From contig JBJCIZ010000239.1 of the NCBI GenBank assembly GCA_051294375.1, forward strand, positions 2,803,476 through 2,867,475: a stretch of DNA of 64,000 nucleotides, written 5' to 3'. Origin of the DNA: Paraspadella gotoi. Lineage: Eukaryota > Animalia > Chaetognatha. The notes beneath the pieces are model-generated. The model worked only from the letters and a program-made list of their open reading frames with translations. It made no database searches and was not told the origin of the DNA. Positions 12,121 through 24,453 of this stretch are shown in pieces; positions within the stretch are counted from its first letter, which is position 1, and each line of letters opens with the position of its first letter. The translations under genes were made by a program, and so were the position numbers.

Positions 12121-14325
12121 CTACGAGACAGTTCGATTGTTCGGCGCTAGTTTTTTCTTCGGAGGCGAATCGTCGTCGTCCGAATCGTCGTCGTCGTCTT
12201 CGTCGTTTTCGTTGTCATCCTCTTCTTCCTCCTCTTCTAATATCGGTTCGCACAATCTCGATACTTTCTCATTGTCATCGTCGCTTTCCTCTAATTCCTC
12301 GTCGTCGTCTTCATCGCTATCATCTTCGTCGCTGTCATCGTCCTCTTCCTCATCCTCCCCTTCATCTTTTTTATCGTATTCCTCAAGATCGTGAAAAAAG
12401 GCGTTCCTTTTTCCATCGGGATCCAGTTGCTTTTTGGCGGATCCGGGTTTGGCCTTCCGGGGCAACTTTTCCGAATCGATCTCGAGAAGATGACTCGCGT
12501 TCCAGAAGCGGAGGAAGTTGTCGTGTCCGCCACTCACGAGCGTCTCGCCGTCGTGACTCAGTGACATGGACTGGATATGGTCGTGCTGACCCAAGCGACC
12601 GAGATGCCGGTTGGGATTAAAGTGGACGGCGTTGATGACGCCGGAGAGACCGGCGGTGACGACGACGTTGTCCGCGACGGCCACCATCGAGTCGAGGGAG
12701 TCGCCCGTCTTCACGGGAAAATTGTCCGCGAAATACCTGACATTTAAATTAATTATATATTATATATTCGAGAAAATTAAAACGATTCGAGCAATTTTAA
12801 AATGACGGAAAAAAAAACCGACCCCCATTGGCCCCAGTTGAAAATGCAGCAGTTTCCCTCGTCATCTCCCGTCACGAGTTTGCTTCGGTTGCGAATCGGA
12901 GCCATTGACAACAACTCTCTGTCAAGATCCTCCGATTTTAATTCGACCTTTGAAAATAATATATAAAATAATATATTTGTGTTTTAGAAAAAAAAAAAAC
13001 AACATTTCTCGACCGATTGGCAATCGAACCTTTTTTTGCCGAAGATTGAAACACGTCAACGTCGCGTCCCCTGACGTCGCCAAAAGACGACGAGCGTTAT
13101 TTTCGTCTGCCTCGCCGTTGGCGAGGGATGATATAAAGTCAGAGTTATCTTCAAACGTCATGACGCATTTGCTTTGACGCAGGTCCCATAACTTTTAAGG
13201 GGGGGTGAGGTTAAATATATATATTTGCGGATGATCCAAGAAATACAACCGATTAGTGGGGTTACCTTGACAACGCCGTCGTCGTCGCCCGAAGCGACGA
13301 GGAACTCAGTGAGGGGGCATGTGGAGTAGAGAGATTCTTCGTGGGCGGAGCTGAATCGATGAATCAACTTTTTCCGCTCGAAGTCGAGGACGGAAAGATT
13401 TCCGGAGGAGAAGCCGCCGAAGATTTTCGATCCGTCTTTGTAAGAAAATACAAATGGCTGGCTTTTTTTTTAATCGTGAAAACAAAGTTTTTTTTAAAAA
13501 ATAGAATGAACTTATTAGAAACCGGGGAAATAGAGTAAACACAACCCCGTAGTTTGTTTTTTTTTCATCTACCTAAGCTGAAACGAACAGTGCGACTCGG
13601 ATCCATGAACTCCTTGGAATCTTTGTAACGAAAAACTTCCTCAGCGTGAGCTCCTTCGCTCTCGTTCTCTTCTTTTTCCTCCACGACAAATCTTTTGACG
13701 GAAAGGAGGCCACCCACCGTGCCGCACGCCACGAAATCGAGTTTCGGGTGACAGTCGATGCAAACCAGTGGATCTGTCAGAGAATTGGAGAGGGTCAAAG
13801 GTCAAAAGAAACTAACGATATCCGGTCTTCACTTTCAAAAACGTTTTCCAACCTTCTTTCTTTCATTAAATCATTATAAAAATAAATATATTTTAATTAT
13901 TAAAGGTGCGAAAACGCATAATTTAGACAAACTCTTTTCTGTAATTTCTTTTTATTTATAGGCAGACAACAAATAGCGTCCTTTTTATTCCCGACTCGCC
14001 GCGTCTAAAAAGACCTGCCTTTAAACTTGATAGGTTTCGGCGCAACCCTCGTCTTTCTCGCCTCTTCGTCCCATGGAAACTCCAGGCGACGGCCTTCGTC
14101 TTCGTCGACGCCGCCGGTCAACTCCTCTACATCCTCCAAGGGAACAGGAAGTGCATCCGCGGGCGAGGATTCCTTTTGGTCCCCGGTGCCGACATCGTCG
14201 ACGTCGTTGGGACAACCCATCTCGAGTTTTTTAGTATCGTTCGTGGAACCATCTTCTGCCAACGACGAATTCTCTCCGCTGTCGCTAGCGACATCTGGTT
14301 TCGAAATTAAACCTGAAGAATCCAT
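12121..14325 (-). CDS. WDR55: WD repeat protein 55 with acidic C-tail; the acidic ORF 14005-14325 is probably the first exon (junction uncertain)
   Basis: IDCHPKLDFVACG, VASGDDDGVVK, LLATSGDATLTCFN, SLDSMVAV, NPNRHLGRLGQH, SLSHDGETLVSGGHDNFLRFW. Confidence 0.85.
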
Positions 14326-14527
14326 AACCGAATCTGATGTATATAAATAATGATAATATAACTAAATCAAATTAAGAAGTATAACAAAACAAAACAGCCA
14401 AACTGTGCCGAGTTATCAAGAGGGAATTTGTGGAATGAAAGCTTCCGGAAAAAAACTCGGGCGAACTTTGACCACAAGATTTCAGTGACGAAACGCAATT
14501 TATTACGAAGAGACGAAGAAAAAAAAA

Positions 14528-16023
14528 CTAATCTTCTCCCGCCGGAATCGCGTCTTCCAAACGTTGGAAAAATTTAACTCGAATCTCGGTAACATTGTCC
14601 CCTTTCAGTTGGTCTTGAACGAACCAACAACTGACTTCCAACTGGACCATTTCCAAAGCTCCACGCAGGGCTCCGCACAGAATTTGGCTGAAAGTAGTAA
14701 TAAACGAAGATTTTTTTTTTATAACTAGTTTAATGCTTAATGTTGCAATAAAAGAGAAAACCTGTAATTCAAAGGGTTGTGACCATCGGGCAACTCGACG
14801 AAATCAATCAAGGGATTTGACTCGAAAATGAGGGAGAATTCGTCGCCGGCTGGAGACCAGTTAGCTGAGGCAAGTATCGTTTCAATGAATATCAATTTTT
14901 TTTTCATAAAAAAACCAATGTCGACTTTACCGACTGACGGGGAAACGCTGAGGAACATCTTAAAGGCTCGGACTACTTGGTCGGCCGTTTCGCGCAGATC
15001 GTGGCATCGACCCACGTTCGTTCGCGCGAGAAAGTCTTCGATGAGACGGATTCCGATGTTGTAACCGACTTTGTCGAGCTGTTTATTCACTTCCTCGTCG
15101 GATTCGTAGTCTAAAAGTTGATTAGTTAAAAGGAAGCATGTATAAAAACTTTTATATACAGTCCTGTGCAAAAAAATTTTTTTAAACTTGAGTGTTCCAA
15201 AACCAAATAGGAATATCTATTTTTATCTTGACAAATTTTTTTTAACTAAAAAAACTAGAAAATGAAAAAGGGTGTCATTGTGATTATGAAAAAGCTTTTG
15301 ACATTCAGATTGCTCAGATACATACTCCAATATATGTAAGATGAACCAAAATTTTAAAACATTTAATTTTTTTTAATAAAAATTTTTCTCCTATTCAAAT
15401 ATAAAAAAAATATTTTTTTTAAAATTCGATCATGCCATAACTAAGAAAGTAAACAAGCTGGACTACTGGGAATTAAAAAATAAAAACGTCAACGATTTTT
15501 TACTAAGGTACAAAATCTGAAATAGTTTTATCAGATAATTTAATCACAATGTTTAATCATTTCGTTTAACTCCTATTTGAAATCCGTATAAAAGCTTCAT
15601 AATCATGGACCTGTCTTTCATTGTATGATTTAATAATCTTAAGATTATTATTTAAGGATCTGGGGCAATCCAGTTACCCAGCTATCCCTCCGGATGTCCA
15701 GTAAAATGTTTTTATATTTTTAATCTACTTCAAATATTACAAAATATTTAAAAAAAGATTAATCTTAAATCTATCAGATTTTTTCTTGGTCAGCTTTTTC
15801 ATTTTAATTTTAATAAAATTTTTGCCAAACTAATCATCTTTCAATTTTTATTTTTATTTGATTTTTAAAGTCCGAAATAAAGTGGCGCGTTTTTTTGCAC
15901 AGGACTGTAACTTTACGAGCAACCCTAACCTTTCATAATTTGTGCTACGAAGGCTCCGTACGTAAGAGTCAAAAGTTCTTGGTTCATTTTTCGAGGGTCG
16001 GTTCGGGGTTGACGGGATGCCAT
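14528..16023 (-). CDS. TRAPPC3: TRAPP complex subunit 3 (Bet3)
   Basis: Exon 1 MASRQPRTDPRKMNQELLTLTYGAFVAQIMK; DYESDEEVNKQLDKVGYNIGIRLIEDFLAR; NPLIDFVELP; C-terminus LEDAIPAGED*. Confidence 0.95.
15159..15907. mobile_element. MITE (Tc1/mariner-type non-autonomous DNA transposon) in TRAPPC3 intron 1
   Basis: Terminal inverted repeats cagtcctgtgcaaaaaaa / tttttttgcacaggactg, TA on both flanks, AT-rich non-coding interior. Confidence 0.85.
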
Positions 16024-16353
16024 TGTTGAATCTATTAATGTGCTACCTAGTAAAAATAGCTCGATAAATATGCAGTGACGAAAATAACTCAGCAAATTCT
16101 AAACCAAGAAAAAAAAAAACTTTCAAGACTTACGTAGGTAATAGATACAGTATAATAACAATGTTTTAGTATCTTGCTAATCAATCAGAAATTAGAATTT
16201 GGCGAGTAAAATACGTAGACTACAACTACTTCATAACAAAAATAGTGGAATAAGGCACATTCATTGAGGAAAAATATGGCTTTGAAATGATTCTTTTTAT
16301 CTAAAGAAAGTAATAAATAATGATTGTAAGACATGGTCGTGGAAGTCGACGTC

Positions 16354-18636
16354 TTAATTCTTCATCTTGAACCTTCCCTCTGTTTTAAGCTGGCCATCCT
16401 CGACGCTCCTCTTCGCTCTTCCCTCTTTCCTCGAATCCCCATTCTCGAAAATCCTCTTCAACACTTTCTCGATCCCCCCGCGATCCAAGCCTTTGTCTTC
16501 CGCCGAACTGATCGAATCGAAACTGCGCCGAGTGACTCTAGTGACGTTGAGCCTTTCAATCTCATGCTCCAACTTTCGCACTCTCGTCAATTGTCTCTTC
16601 TCCGCCTCCATCTTTTCGATGAGCGCCGCGTTCAATCGAGCTTTGTCCTCTTCCGCCGCTCGAAGTTTCTCCTCCAGTCCGGCAACTTTTTTCTCCGTCT
16701 GCTCGAGCCTCTTGACGAGTTCCTCCCGAAGGCTTCGCTCTTGTCTCAGTTCTATAGCGACGTTGGCAGCCTCACGTTTGGCGCAGTCTCGATCCTCTTT
16801 GACAGAGTGCAACGCTGATTCAAAGTCCTTTCGAGTCTCGACGTTTTCCTGTCGCATCCCGGCCTCCAACTGCTGCTGTTTGGTGAGAGCGATCCTCAAT
16901 TCGGTCGTCGTCCTTTGATGAGTTTCATCCAAGACACGAAGACGATTTCGGGCGTCTTCTTCCTTGGCGACGAGTGCTTCCGCATGGACGCTGTCTCGCA
17001 TCATCATTTTGTTCTCAAAAGTCGCTTGTTCTGCCTTCAGATCGGAGACTTCCTCTGATAACTTGACCTGGAAAAACAAAAGATTTACGGAGTGTGCAAT
17101 GTTAACAACCAAAGAAAAAAATAATTTTTGAAATACCTTTTCTCTATTAATTTCCACTGCTTGAGCGGATGCGTCATCGGCTTCCCGGATCAAACTTTCC
17201 ACATACTGATTAAGCTTTTCTTCTTTCTCCTTCCAAGCTTGAGCAAGCATCTCGTGCCCGTTGATAAGAGTTTTTTTCTCGGCCTTAGCCTCATTCAGTT
17301 CAACGAGGAGTTGATCGCGCTTCAATTCGACGCGATTCAAACGATCGCGAAGACTTTGAATTTGGTCTTCAAGATCCTGATATTGAAATCCGGGTTCACT
17401 TCCCTTTTGACCCTCCGACCGTTTCAGTCTTTCTATTTCGTTGGATTTGGAGCGAAGCTGATCTTCCAACTCCGCAACGAGGTCGCACATCTTGTTGACC
17501 TTTCCGAGGCACTCGGACTGAACTTCCTCCGCCGCCCTTTTAGTTTGAAGACCGGCTTCTTGTACGAGGTCTTCCAAAGAGGATTTTAACATGTTAGTCT
17601 CTTCTTCCAACTGATTCGCTCTTATTAACGCCTGATCCTTTTCCAGCAGCGAGTTTTCGATTAATTGAACATTGAGCTTCAACTGTTCCAAGGATTGAGC
17701 GTGTTGATGTTTGAGTTGAGTGATTTGATCCGACATTACTTTGGACTGTTGAACGAGATTCTTCCTCTCTGACGCCATTTTATGATAGTCTTGGTATGTT
17801 TGTTTGTGTTTTTGGTTTAAGGTTTCAATGATTTGATCTTGTGCTTCCACCAAGCTTTGAAGATCGGCGTTGCCGTGACCGTTCATTTCCAATTCATTGT
17901 TTCTTTGATCTAATTTAACTTTCAGACGGTCTACTTCTTTGATCAGTGTCGAATTGTTTTCTTCAAAAATTTTTAACTGTTGTTCTTTATCATTCAGTAA
18001 CAAATTATGTTTATTCAATTCTGTATTCAGTTCGGCGATATTTCTACCATACTGCTCAATTTTTAGGCTGCACTGTCCTTCGATGCTTTTATAAATGTGA
18101 GAGAATTCCTTTTCTAGCAACGATTTTAGCTGATCCAACTCATTCAAAGAGTCTTGCAAAAGCTGATTCGCATTTTCCTTTTCCTGCAATGCTACCGACA
18201 ACTGATCTTGCAGATTGTCCACCACCTCCTGATACTTAAAATTGCTCGAGGTGGAGACGGCCCCGACTTCGCCATCTTCCAATCGAGATTTGTTGTTTAG
18301 CGCGTCCAACTGGAGCTGAACCTGCTCTTTCAAATCTCTCGTAAGTTTCTTGTTCTCGTCCAAGAGATTCTCAACGTGTCTATTAGAAAGCTTAAGCTCC
18401 TCTTGATAAGCTTCCCCCTGTCGCGTGAGAGTTTGGATATGCGACTCGTATTCGGCGAGGAGAGGAGACAAGAGGCTCTTGTCGGTGAGCCACTTGGGGG
18501 CTTTCGCGCCGGCGGGAAAAAGGCCGCCGTCCACAGAGCTTTCTCGGTGAGATAATGGAGGATATTTGGAGTGGTATTGTGCAAGGACGGAATTGAGTCT
18601 GTAAATTTGATCGCGTAAAAATTCGACCTCCTCCAT
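16354..18636 (-). CDS. SCLT1: Sodium channel and clathrin linker 1 (centriole distal appendage coiled-coil); one 69-nt stop-free intron at 17068-17136
   Basis: MEEVEFLRDQIYRLN...TDKSLLSPLLAEYESHI matches the SCLT1 N-terminus; IENSLLEKDQALIR; long coiled coil. Confidence 0.8.
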   Translation of the reverse strand: MEEVEFLRDQIYRLNSVLAQYHSKYPPLSHRESSVDGGLFPAGAKAPKWLTDKSLLSPLLAEYESHIQTLTRQGEAYQEELKLSNRHVENLLDENKKLTRDLKEQVQLQLDALNNKSRLEDGEVGAVSTSSNFKYQEVVDNLQDQLSVALQEKENANQLLQDSLNELDQLKSLLEKEFSHIYKSIEGQCSLKIEQYGRNIAELNTELNKHNLLLNDKEQQLKIFEENNSTLIKEVDRLKVKLDQRNNELEMNGHGNADLQSLVEAQDQIIETLNQKHKQTYQDYHKMASERKNLVQQSKVMSDQITQLKHQHAQSLEQLKLNVQLIENSLLEKDQALIRANQLEEETNMLKSSLEDLVQEAGLQTKRAAEEVQSECLGKVNKMCDLVAELEDQLRSKSNEIERLKRSEGQKGSEPGFQYQDLEDQIQSLRDRLNRVELKRDQLLVELNEAKAEKKTLINGHEMLAQAWKEKEEKLNQYVESLIREADDASAQAVEINREKVFQKLFFSLVVNIAHSVNLLFFQVKLSEEVSDLKAEQATFENKMMMRDSVHAEALVAKEEDARNRLRVLDETHQRTTTELRIALTKQQQLEAGMRQENVETRKDFESALHSVKEDRDCAKREAANVAIELRQERSLREELVKRLEQTEKKVAGLEEKLRAAEEDKARLNAALIEKMEAEKRQLTRVRKLEHEIERLNVTRVTRRSFDSISSAEDKGLDRGGIEKVLKRIFENGDSRKEGRAKRSVEDGQLKTEGRFKMKN

Positions 18637-18806
18637 TGAAAAGTTTTTTTTTTTGAAAGACTATTGACTATGTTTTTGTGCGGAGTTAATAAAATAATAT
18701 CACACTGTAATGAAATAATAATAATGTAGTAAAACAGTTCATCACATGTCTACATGTATAAATGAGCAAAAAATAATGACAAAATTGGCCGTTTCCCAAT
18801 CGTTTT

Positions 18807-20120
18807 TTACGAGTGGTACTCTTGCCGCTTGATGCAAGCCAAAAGGGGCTTTATTCTGGCGTTTCGCGAAAGCCCGTGCTTGATGCTCGCGGGGGAGGCG
18901 ATGTTGCATTTGCCTGGAGGAAGCGTGACGGCAGATCCTCCGGGAGACGGGACGAGGGGTTTGAATCGGGGATTGGCGACCGGAGTGAGGGGACTCGAGG
19001 AAGTCGTGGACGAAGCCTTGGGACTCGAAGTCATCAGTGGAGATTTGACAGTCAAGAGCCCCTTTCGCTTTTGAACTGGAGTGGCGGGAGTATTGGATGG
19101 GTCCGTCCGTGACAAGTGACGGGACTGAACGGGTGTGGTCGGGAGGGCGGGGGATTTGTCGAATTGTGGCTGCTTGGCTTTCTTAGTTGAGCCGACGGTC
19201 GATTTTGTCACAAGAACCGGTTTCGTCTTTGGGTCGGGCTTTTTGCCTTTTAGAGGTTTTGGCGCCTTTTTGTTTTTCGGGTTTTTTCTTTTATTCGGGG
19301 CGGAATCTTCGGATTCAGAAGAGTCGTCGTCGTCGCTCTCGTCGGAATCAGAATCGGATTCGGGTTCGAAGTTAGTTTCATTTTTCTCGACTTTTTTCTT
19401 TTTTGAATTGTTTTTATTCTCATTTGCTTCTTTCGTTCTATCGTCATCCTCCTCGTCGCTTTCGACTACGTTGCCGGTTCGTCGTCTTTTCCTTCCTCCC
19501 GCCACAGTGACGTTCTCCTCTTCTTTTTCCTCCTTTTCCTTTTCCTTCTCTCTTTCCTTTTCGTCGACGTCTTTCCGAGTCTTCTCTTCCTCGATCGTCT
19601 CGTCCGCCGGCGGAGCGGCAACTCTCGCGGGTTCGTCGTCACCCGATTCTTCCACGAGGACTTCGTCTTTCTGCGAGTTTGTAATCAAACAAGGGTAAGT
19701 ACGTAACTATATACAAACTTGGAAAAAAAGTTAACTTACCCGAGAGGATTCTATCACGCTCCCTACATTCTTCTCTTCCTCATTTGACAGATTTTTCGTC
19801 TGCTCTTTCTCAGTTTTTGACGCCGCGGGCTCCGGCTTGGTTTTCTCCTCTCCTTTCGTCCGGCGATCGAGAGCCGAAGCGTCGGCCTTCCTGTTCAGAT
19901 CTATCTCGGTCAAAAGAGACCCAGCCCTTTCCGGCTTGGCGTGAAGAGGAGAGACACAAACGACGGCCGTCTTCAACTTATTCCGCTTGTCTTTCGGCTT
20001 CTTTTTCGTCTTGGCCTTTTCTTGACTCCCGCTTGTCGATCCCGAGTCTTGGAAATCGTCTTCGTCTTGAAAACAAAAGGCCGAGTAGTCGATCGGCTTT
20101 CGCGACCTTCGTTCGCCCAT
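18807..20120 (-). CDS. RAD51AP1: RAD51-associated protein 1-like (disordered, 2 exons)
   Basis: N-terminal RKPIDYSAF...DEDDF and C-terminal IKHGLSRNARIKPL resemble the RAD51AP1 KKPVNYSQF and LRLGLSRLARVKPL motifs. Confidence 0.65.
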
Positions 20121-20426
20121 GACGCCAGGGGGCTCAGATTATCTGAGCGTTCGAGCAAAACTTTCTTTTTATTGCAAAATATGCGAGTAGGAATGAAAAA
20201 AAAATCGATCACAGATTTTCAAGGATAAAAAATATTTATTCAAACTGGTACGCGTATACTTTTTAAAGGCAAAAGCTTTTTAACCGGAAGAGTTTCCAAC
20301 TCAGATTTGCGGTCTGTAGCATGAAATTTGAATAAATGGCGAGTTCAAGACGAAACAGTAGGAGTGCAATAACCTTAACGGTATCAGCGGATCGGAAGGG
20401 TCATGAGGGGCCTCGATGTAGTTGGT

Positions 20427-21671
20427 TCACATTTCATCATCGCTGAAGGTTTCTTCGGGAAAGTCCCCGATTGTAACGCTGTTCGGTTTGACGAAACCCC
20501 CGTAGTTTGGAGGGCAATCGAAATATCGGTGACCGTCGACGGAACCGTCGTTCTTCCCCACTGGTTCGTCGTATTTGACCCCAATCCACGTCCCTGAGGA
20601 ATAAGGGTACGGTTGAAAATTACTTCTTTTTTCGTCGGTTTTACTTTTTATATGAAATTGGTACAACCAATATAAAAATTATCCATTCATTTAATAAATA
20701 AGCTATCTTGCCCCTGACTTTGGACAGGCTTTGGTGGTTTAAGGCCTCCATCACACTTACAAGATAATAACATATCAGGTTTCTGCAAGCATTCAATCAA
20801 GACTCTCTCACAGTCTTATTTATTCACTCCCAGTGAACCTGGCTTCCCTATCAATGAAGTGGTATAATATTTCAAAGAATGTTTCAATTGTATTTTTGTG
20901 TGAATTTTAAAAATAAATTCCCCACGTACCCGGTTTAAAATGCGTGGTTCCATTGAAAGCGACGGTGCCTCTTCTCACGGGCATCTTGGGCGCAGCGACT
21001 TCGCATCTGGAACCGACGGTCATGGAGGCGGCGGCAGCTTCCTCCTCCGCCGCTTTGGCAGCCGCCGCCGCCGATTTCGCTTTCGCGGCTTCAGGATCTT
21101 CCTCGCTGAATCGACCGATTTTATTTCGCCGCTGGGATACGACGAGTTTTAAATTCTTTCAATAAAAAAAAAAAATTCTTCAGGAGAGAGACGACTGCGT
21201 TTGGAAATGACCTTAAATGCGGCGACGGAATCCTCTCTCTTCTCGTATTCTTCCTTACTGATGTTAAACTTTTCCACTTTACTGACGTCGTTAAAATCCT
21301 CCACTCTGACCGTGGGGTCTTGGCAGTTGAGGAAGAGTCCGTTCTCGACCGGGTATGATCCTAGGAGACGATCGTCTTCGTTCAAGGCGGCGATGAGTCT
21401 GTTCCCGTCTTGACTTCGAAGCTCGAGTTGCATCGTTTCGGCTTGGGAGCCTGTTGGGGAAAAAAAAAAACAAAAAAAGAATAAATTTAAATAAAACAGA
21501 TCGACTGGAACCCTCGCACTCACCGGTGACGAGAACGAGTTTCGACTTGAGATCGCGAATGGTCATGTCTTTCTTGAATCTTCTCTCGGTCCCAATAACG
21601 TTGCCCGGAGTGGCGACGAGGAGCGAGACGACGGGCGCCGTAGAGACGCTCACCTCCATCGGTTCCCCCAT
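20427..21671 (-). CDS. TBCB: Tubulin-folding cofactor B (Ubl plus CAP-Gly)
   Basis: [94 protein letters not shown]. Confidence 0.95.
20650..20893 (-). repeat. Dispersed ~240-bp intronic repeat, copy 1 (inverted relative to 62710-62950)
   Basis: Reverse complement aligns along its length with 62710-62950; partial copies at 29147-29300 and 54231-54254. Confidence 0.85.
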
Positions 21672-21777
21672 CGTTTAATTTTTCTTTTAGAGTCCGAATG
21701 ATTTTGTTATTAATCAGCGACTAACCCCCCAAAGAAAACATAAATAAAAACAAAACAAAATGTTTTTTTTTTTTTGA

Positions 21778-22688
21778 TCATTTAATGTATTTGTCAAAAT
21801 CGAAATGGTCGTCGTATTCGTCTTTATCTGACGATTCCACTTTCGTTTTCCGTTTGGAGAATCTCAGTTTTTTCGCCTTTTCGTCCATCGAGTTGAGATC
21901 GTCGGGAACGACAACGATTTTGACGGGATCTCTGAAAGGGGGCAGCGAGAAAAAAAAGGAAACTTTTTTGACGAGATCTCTGAAAGGGGGCAGCGAGAAA
22001 AAAAAGTAAACTTTTTAGTTGCGCCGCGAGTACTCGTCGAGCAACTCTATGTCACTTTTCGGTCGGTCTGTCGGTATGTCTGTCCGTCGGTCTGTTTCAT
22101 TTAATTTAAAAATGCATATAATTTGTTTATAGTTGGTTTTATGGTTGTAGGGTTATTTGTTAAGACAGAAAAAAACCTCAAATCTAAGGGACTGCTGTCG
22201 CAACCTTCAGAAAATCCTAAATTATAAGGAATAAAAGACAGAATTTCGATGCAGTGCATGTCATAAATACAAAGGCTCAGAAAGTTTTTTGAATCATGTC
22301 ATGTCACATAATGTGATGAAACAGAAATACTCGTGAAAATAAGTCACTGCGGCGCAACACATTGGAATCACCGTTCTTGTTTTTTTTAAATTGCGCTGTT
22401 GAATTTGGATATCAGAGGGTCCCACCCAAGGGGTCGGGACCTGCATCGAACGGTGAGCGTCGAACCATCCCTCAGGCAAAGCATCGTCTTGTAATGTTTG
22501 GGAAAGATGGCGCGTTGAACTCTCGTCACGCTCGAGCGGTTTGAGTTTTCCCGCGTCGATTGGCAGAGAGGGAAGGCTGGAGAGGCGAGGAGAGCGGCAA
22601 AGGATGAAGCGCCGCTTCCGTCGAAACGAGCAACGTTTCTCATCGAAAATGCGGAAAGTCGAAGAGGATGGAGGATGAAGCGTCTCAT
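21778..22688 (-). CDS. MRPL55: Mitochondrial ribosomal protein L55 (bL31m), 2 exons
   Basis: Basic targeting peptide; NSNRSSVTRVQRAIFPKHYKTMLCLRDGSTLTVRCR|DPVKIVVVPDDLNSMDEKAKKLRF...DDHFDFDKYIK*. Confidence 0.85.
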
Positions 22689-22833
22689 CGTTGGGAGGAG
22701 AATCAACGATTCTATCGAGGATAAATTAAAAAATACCAACGAAAAAAAGAAAGATTAAATCACTCAACGAGGGCGAAGCGACGCTTCATAGTTTCGCGCG
22801 ACGGAAGCAGAATGGCAAAAAAAAAAAAGGACT

Positions 22834-23187
22834 TTAATTGTTCGCGGCTTCATTCGATTCGAGAACGAGTTTTTGAGGCGTGTAAAAATGTCCGATGGCG
22901 CCGACTCGACGAATCATTAAAATATCGTCCTGCGCCGCCAATAACAGTTTCGCGATCTCAACTTGGTCCGTCAAGTTCTTATTCTCTCTGTAAGGGGGGC
23001 GGGCGGGGGGCGGCGGGGGAATTTCATTCAATTCGGTTCCACGGTTACAAAATATGTGTTTTTGGGGATCCTACCTGAACTTTTCTCGGATTTTTCTTAA
23101 AAAGAAATGTCGATAATTGTAGGCTGGCACATCGTAGGCGGCTCTCATCAAGGCCTTGTAAGTTTGAAGAACGTGTTGAGTCGTCAT
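22834..23187 (-). CDS. LYRM4: LYR motif protein 4 (ISD11), 2 exons
   Basis: VLQTYKALMRAAYDVPAYNYRHFFLRKIREKFR|ENKNLTDQVEI...IRRVGAIGHFYTPQKLVLE. Confidence 0.9.
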
Positions 23188-23388
23188 TTTGTTAAGTTTT
23201 GAGAAAAAATACGAATACTTAGTTCAAGCGGCAAAACATTAAAACTCTCGAAAGCATGACGACTCGTAAATTTAATTTTCGAAACTATAGAAAAGCTCGC
23301 ACGTAATAAAGACAAGTTCGACATACAATTTGACTAGACAGAAGAAATTATATCAAGCAGTGACCGTGGTTTTTTTTTTTTTTTTCCA

Positions 23389-24244
23389 TCAACCGAACAT
23401 AGAGGAATGAAGTTCTTGAATGTCAGATTCTCGTTCCGCTGCTCGTTTTTTCTGTCGTTTGTATTCTTCGTACTGGAGATCGTCGGTCGGTAGGTCCATT
23501 CGGCAAACTGCGAACAATTTTAAATGACGTATGATTGGCAGTGAGACGAGAGTTCAATCGACTTTATAATTACCAGGGCAGGTCGCGGTTCGCTTTAGCC
23601 AAGGAACGAGGCACTCTTCGTGGAAAATGTGCTTGCATTTCAGCTTTAAGGCCGGCTGTTCCTCTAATCTGTAGAAGTCCAAACAAACTGGGCATTGATC
23701 CTTATTAGAGACCATGTCCTGAAAGTTGAAGAATCAATTTGTCAATTATATGACTATGAAAAATATGATTTTGAATGTTCTTGATGATGAGAAGCCATAT
23801 CTAAAATTTACCGCTTCAGACAATGTCAATGATACCTTTTTTCCTATTGTAAAAAAGCGTGACGACGACGACGACAGAGGCACTACTGAACTTAAGCTAA
23901 TTTTTATAATTTTTTGATTATTTAAGCTTCGAAAATCGAAAATACATTTACCAATGTAAAGCTTCCTCTATTACCTGAGTGATGGGAACCCTGGGTATCT
24001 CTTTGATGACCGCATCGGAGGCGGGGGGACTGTTTTCTCCTCTTCCAATCAATTCGAGAAACAAACTCTCAAAGGCCGCATCCGCCGCAGCCCCTATTGT
24101 ATTTTTAATAGTTAATACTCATATTTAGTCGCAAAGGTTTTAATAATGTGACTAACCTGTGTCAAGCAATAACCTTGCCATTTGCAAGGTCGAATCGGGC
24201 AGTGACCCTTCAGTGCAATTGTGCTCGTCGAAATAACTCGACAT
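23389..24244 (-). CDS. RNF181: E3 ubiquitin ligase RNF181 (RING-H2); absent from the ORF track because the exons are short
   Basis: MSSYFDEHNC; PPASDAVIKEIP; CPVCL...[40 protein letters not shown]...LHSSMFG*. Confidence 0.9.
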
Positions 24245-24453
24245 CGTTTGTATATATATATATATATCGTTTATATCAAATAACGTAAATATCTTCAAAA
24301 CAATAACAGAATGACGAAAATTCGTGAAAAAAAAGGGACTCGGGAGTCTGCTTAGGCCAAAAACAGTGGAGAAAGTTTCTCGGGGAGAAAAATTAAAAGA
24401 AAAATCATCACGTCTTGTTTTCCACTCTCAAACGTCGTTGAAAAAAAAATCCG

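Noticed and set aside
15110-15140. U12-type (AT-AC) intron end in TRAPPC3 (tccttttaac...caac)
   Set aside because: A canonical G|gttagg...ttttag|AC junction restores the conserved KDYE sequence
17068-17136. Stop-free 3n introns (SCLT1; also FAHD1, PIWI, MOSMO) as regulated retention
   Set aside because: Expected by chance among many short introns; no further evidence
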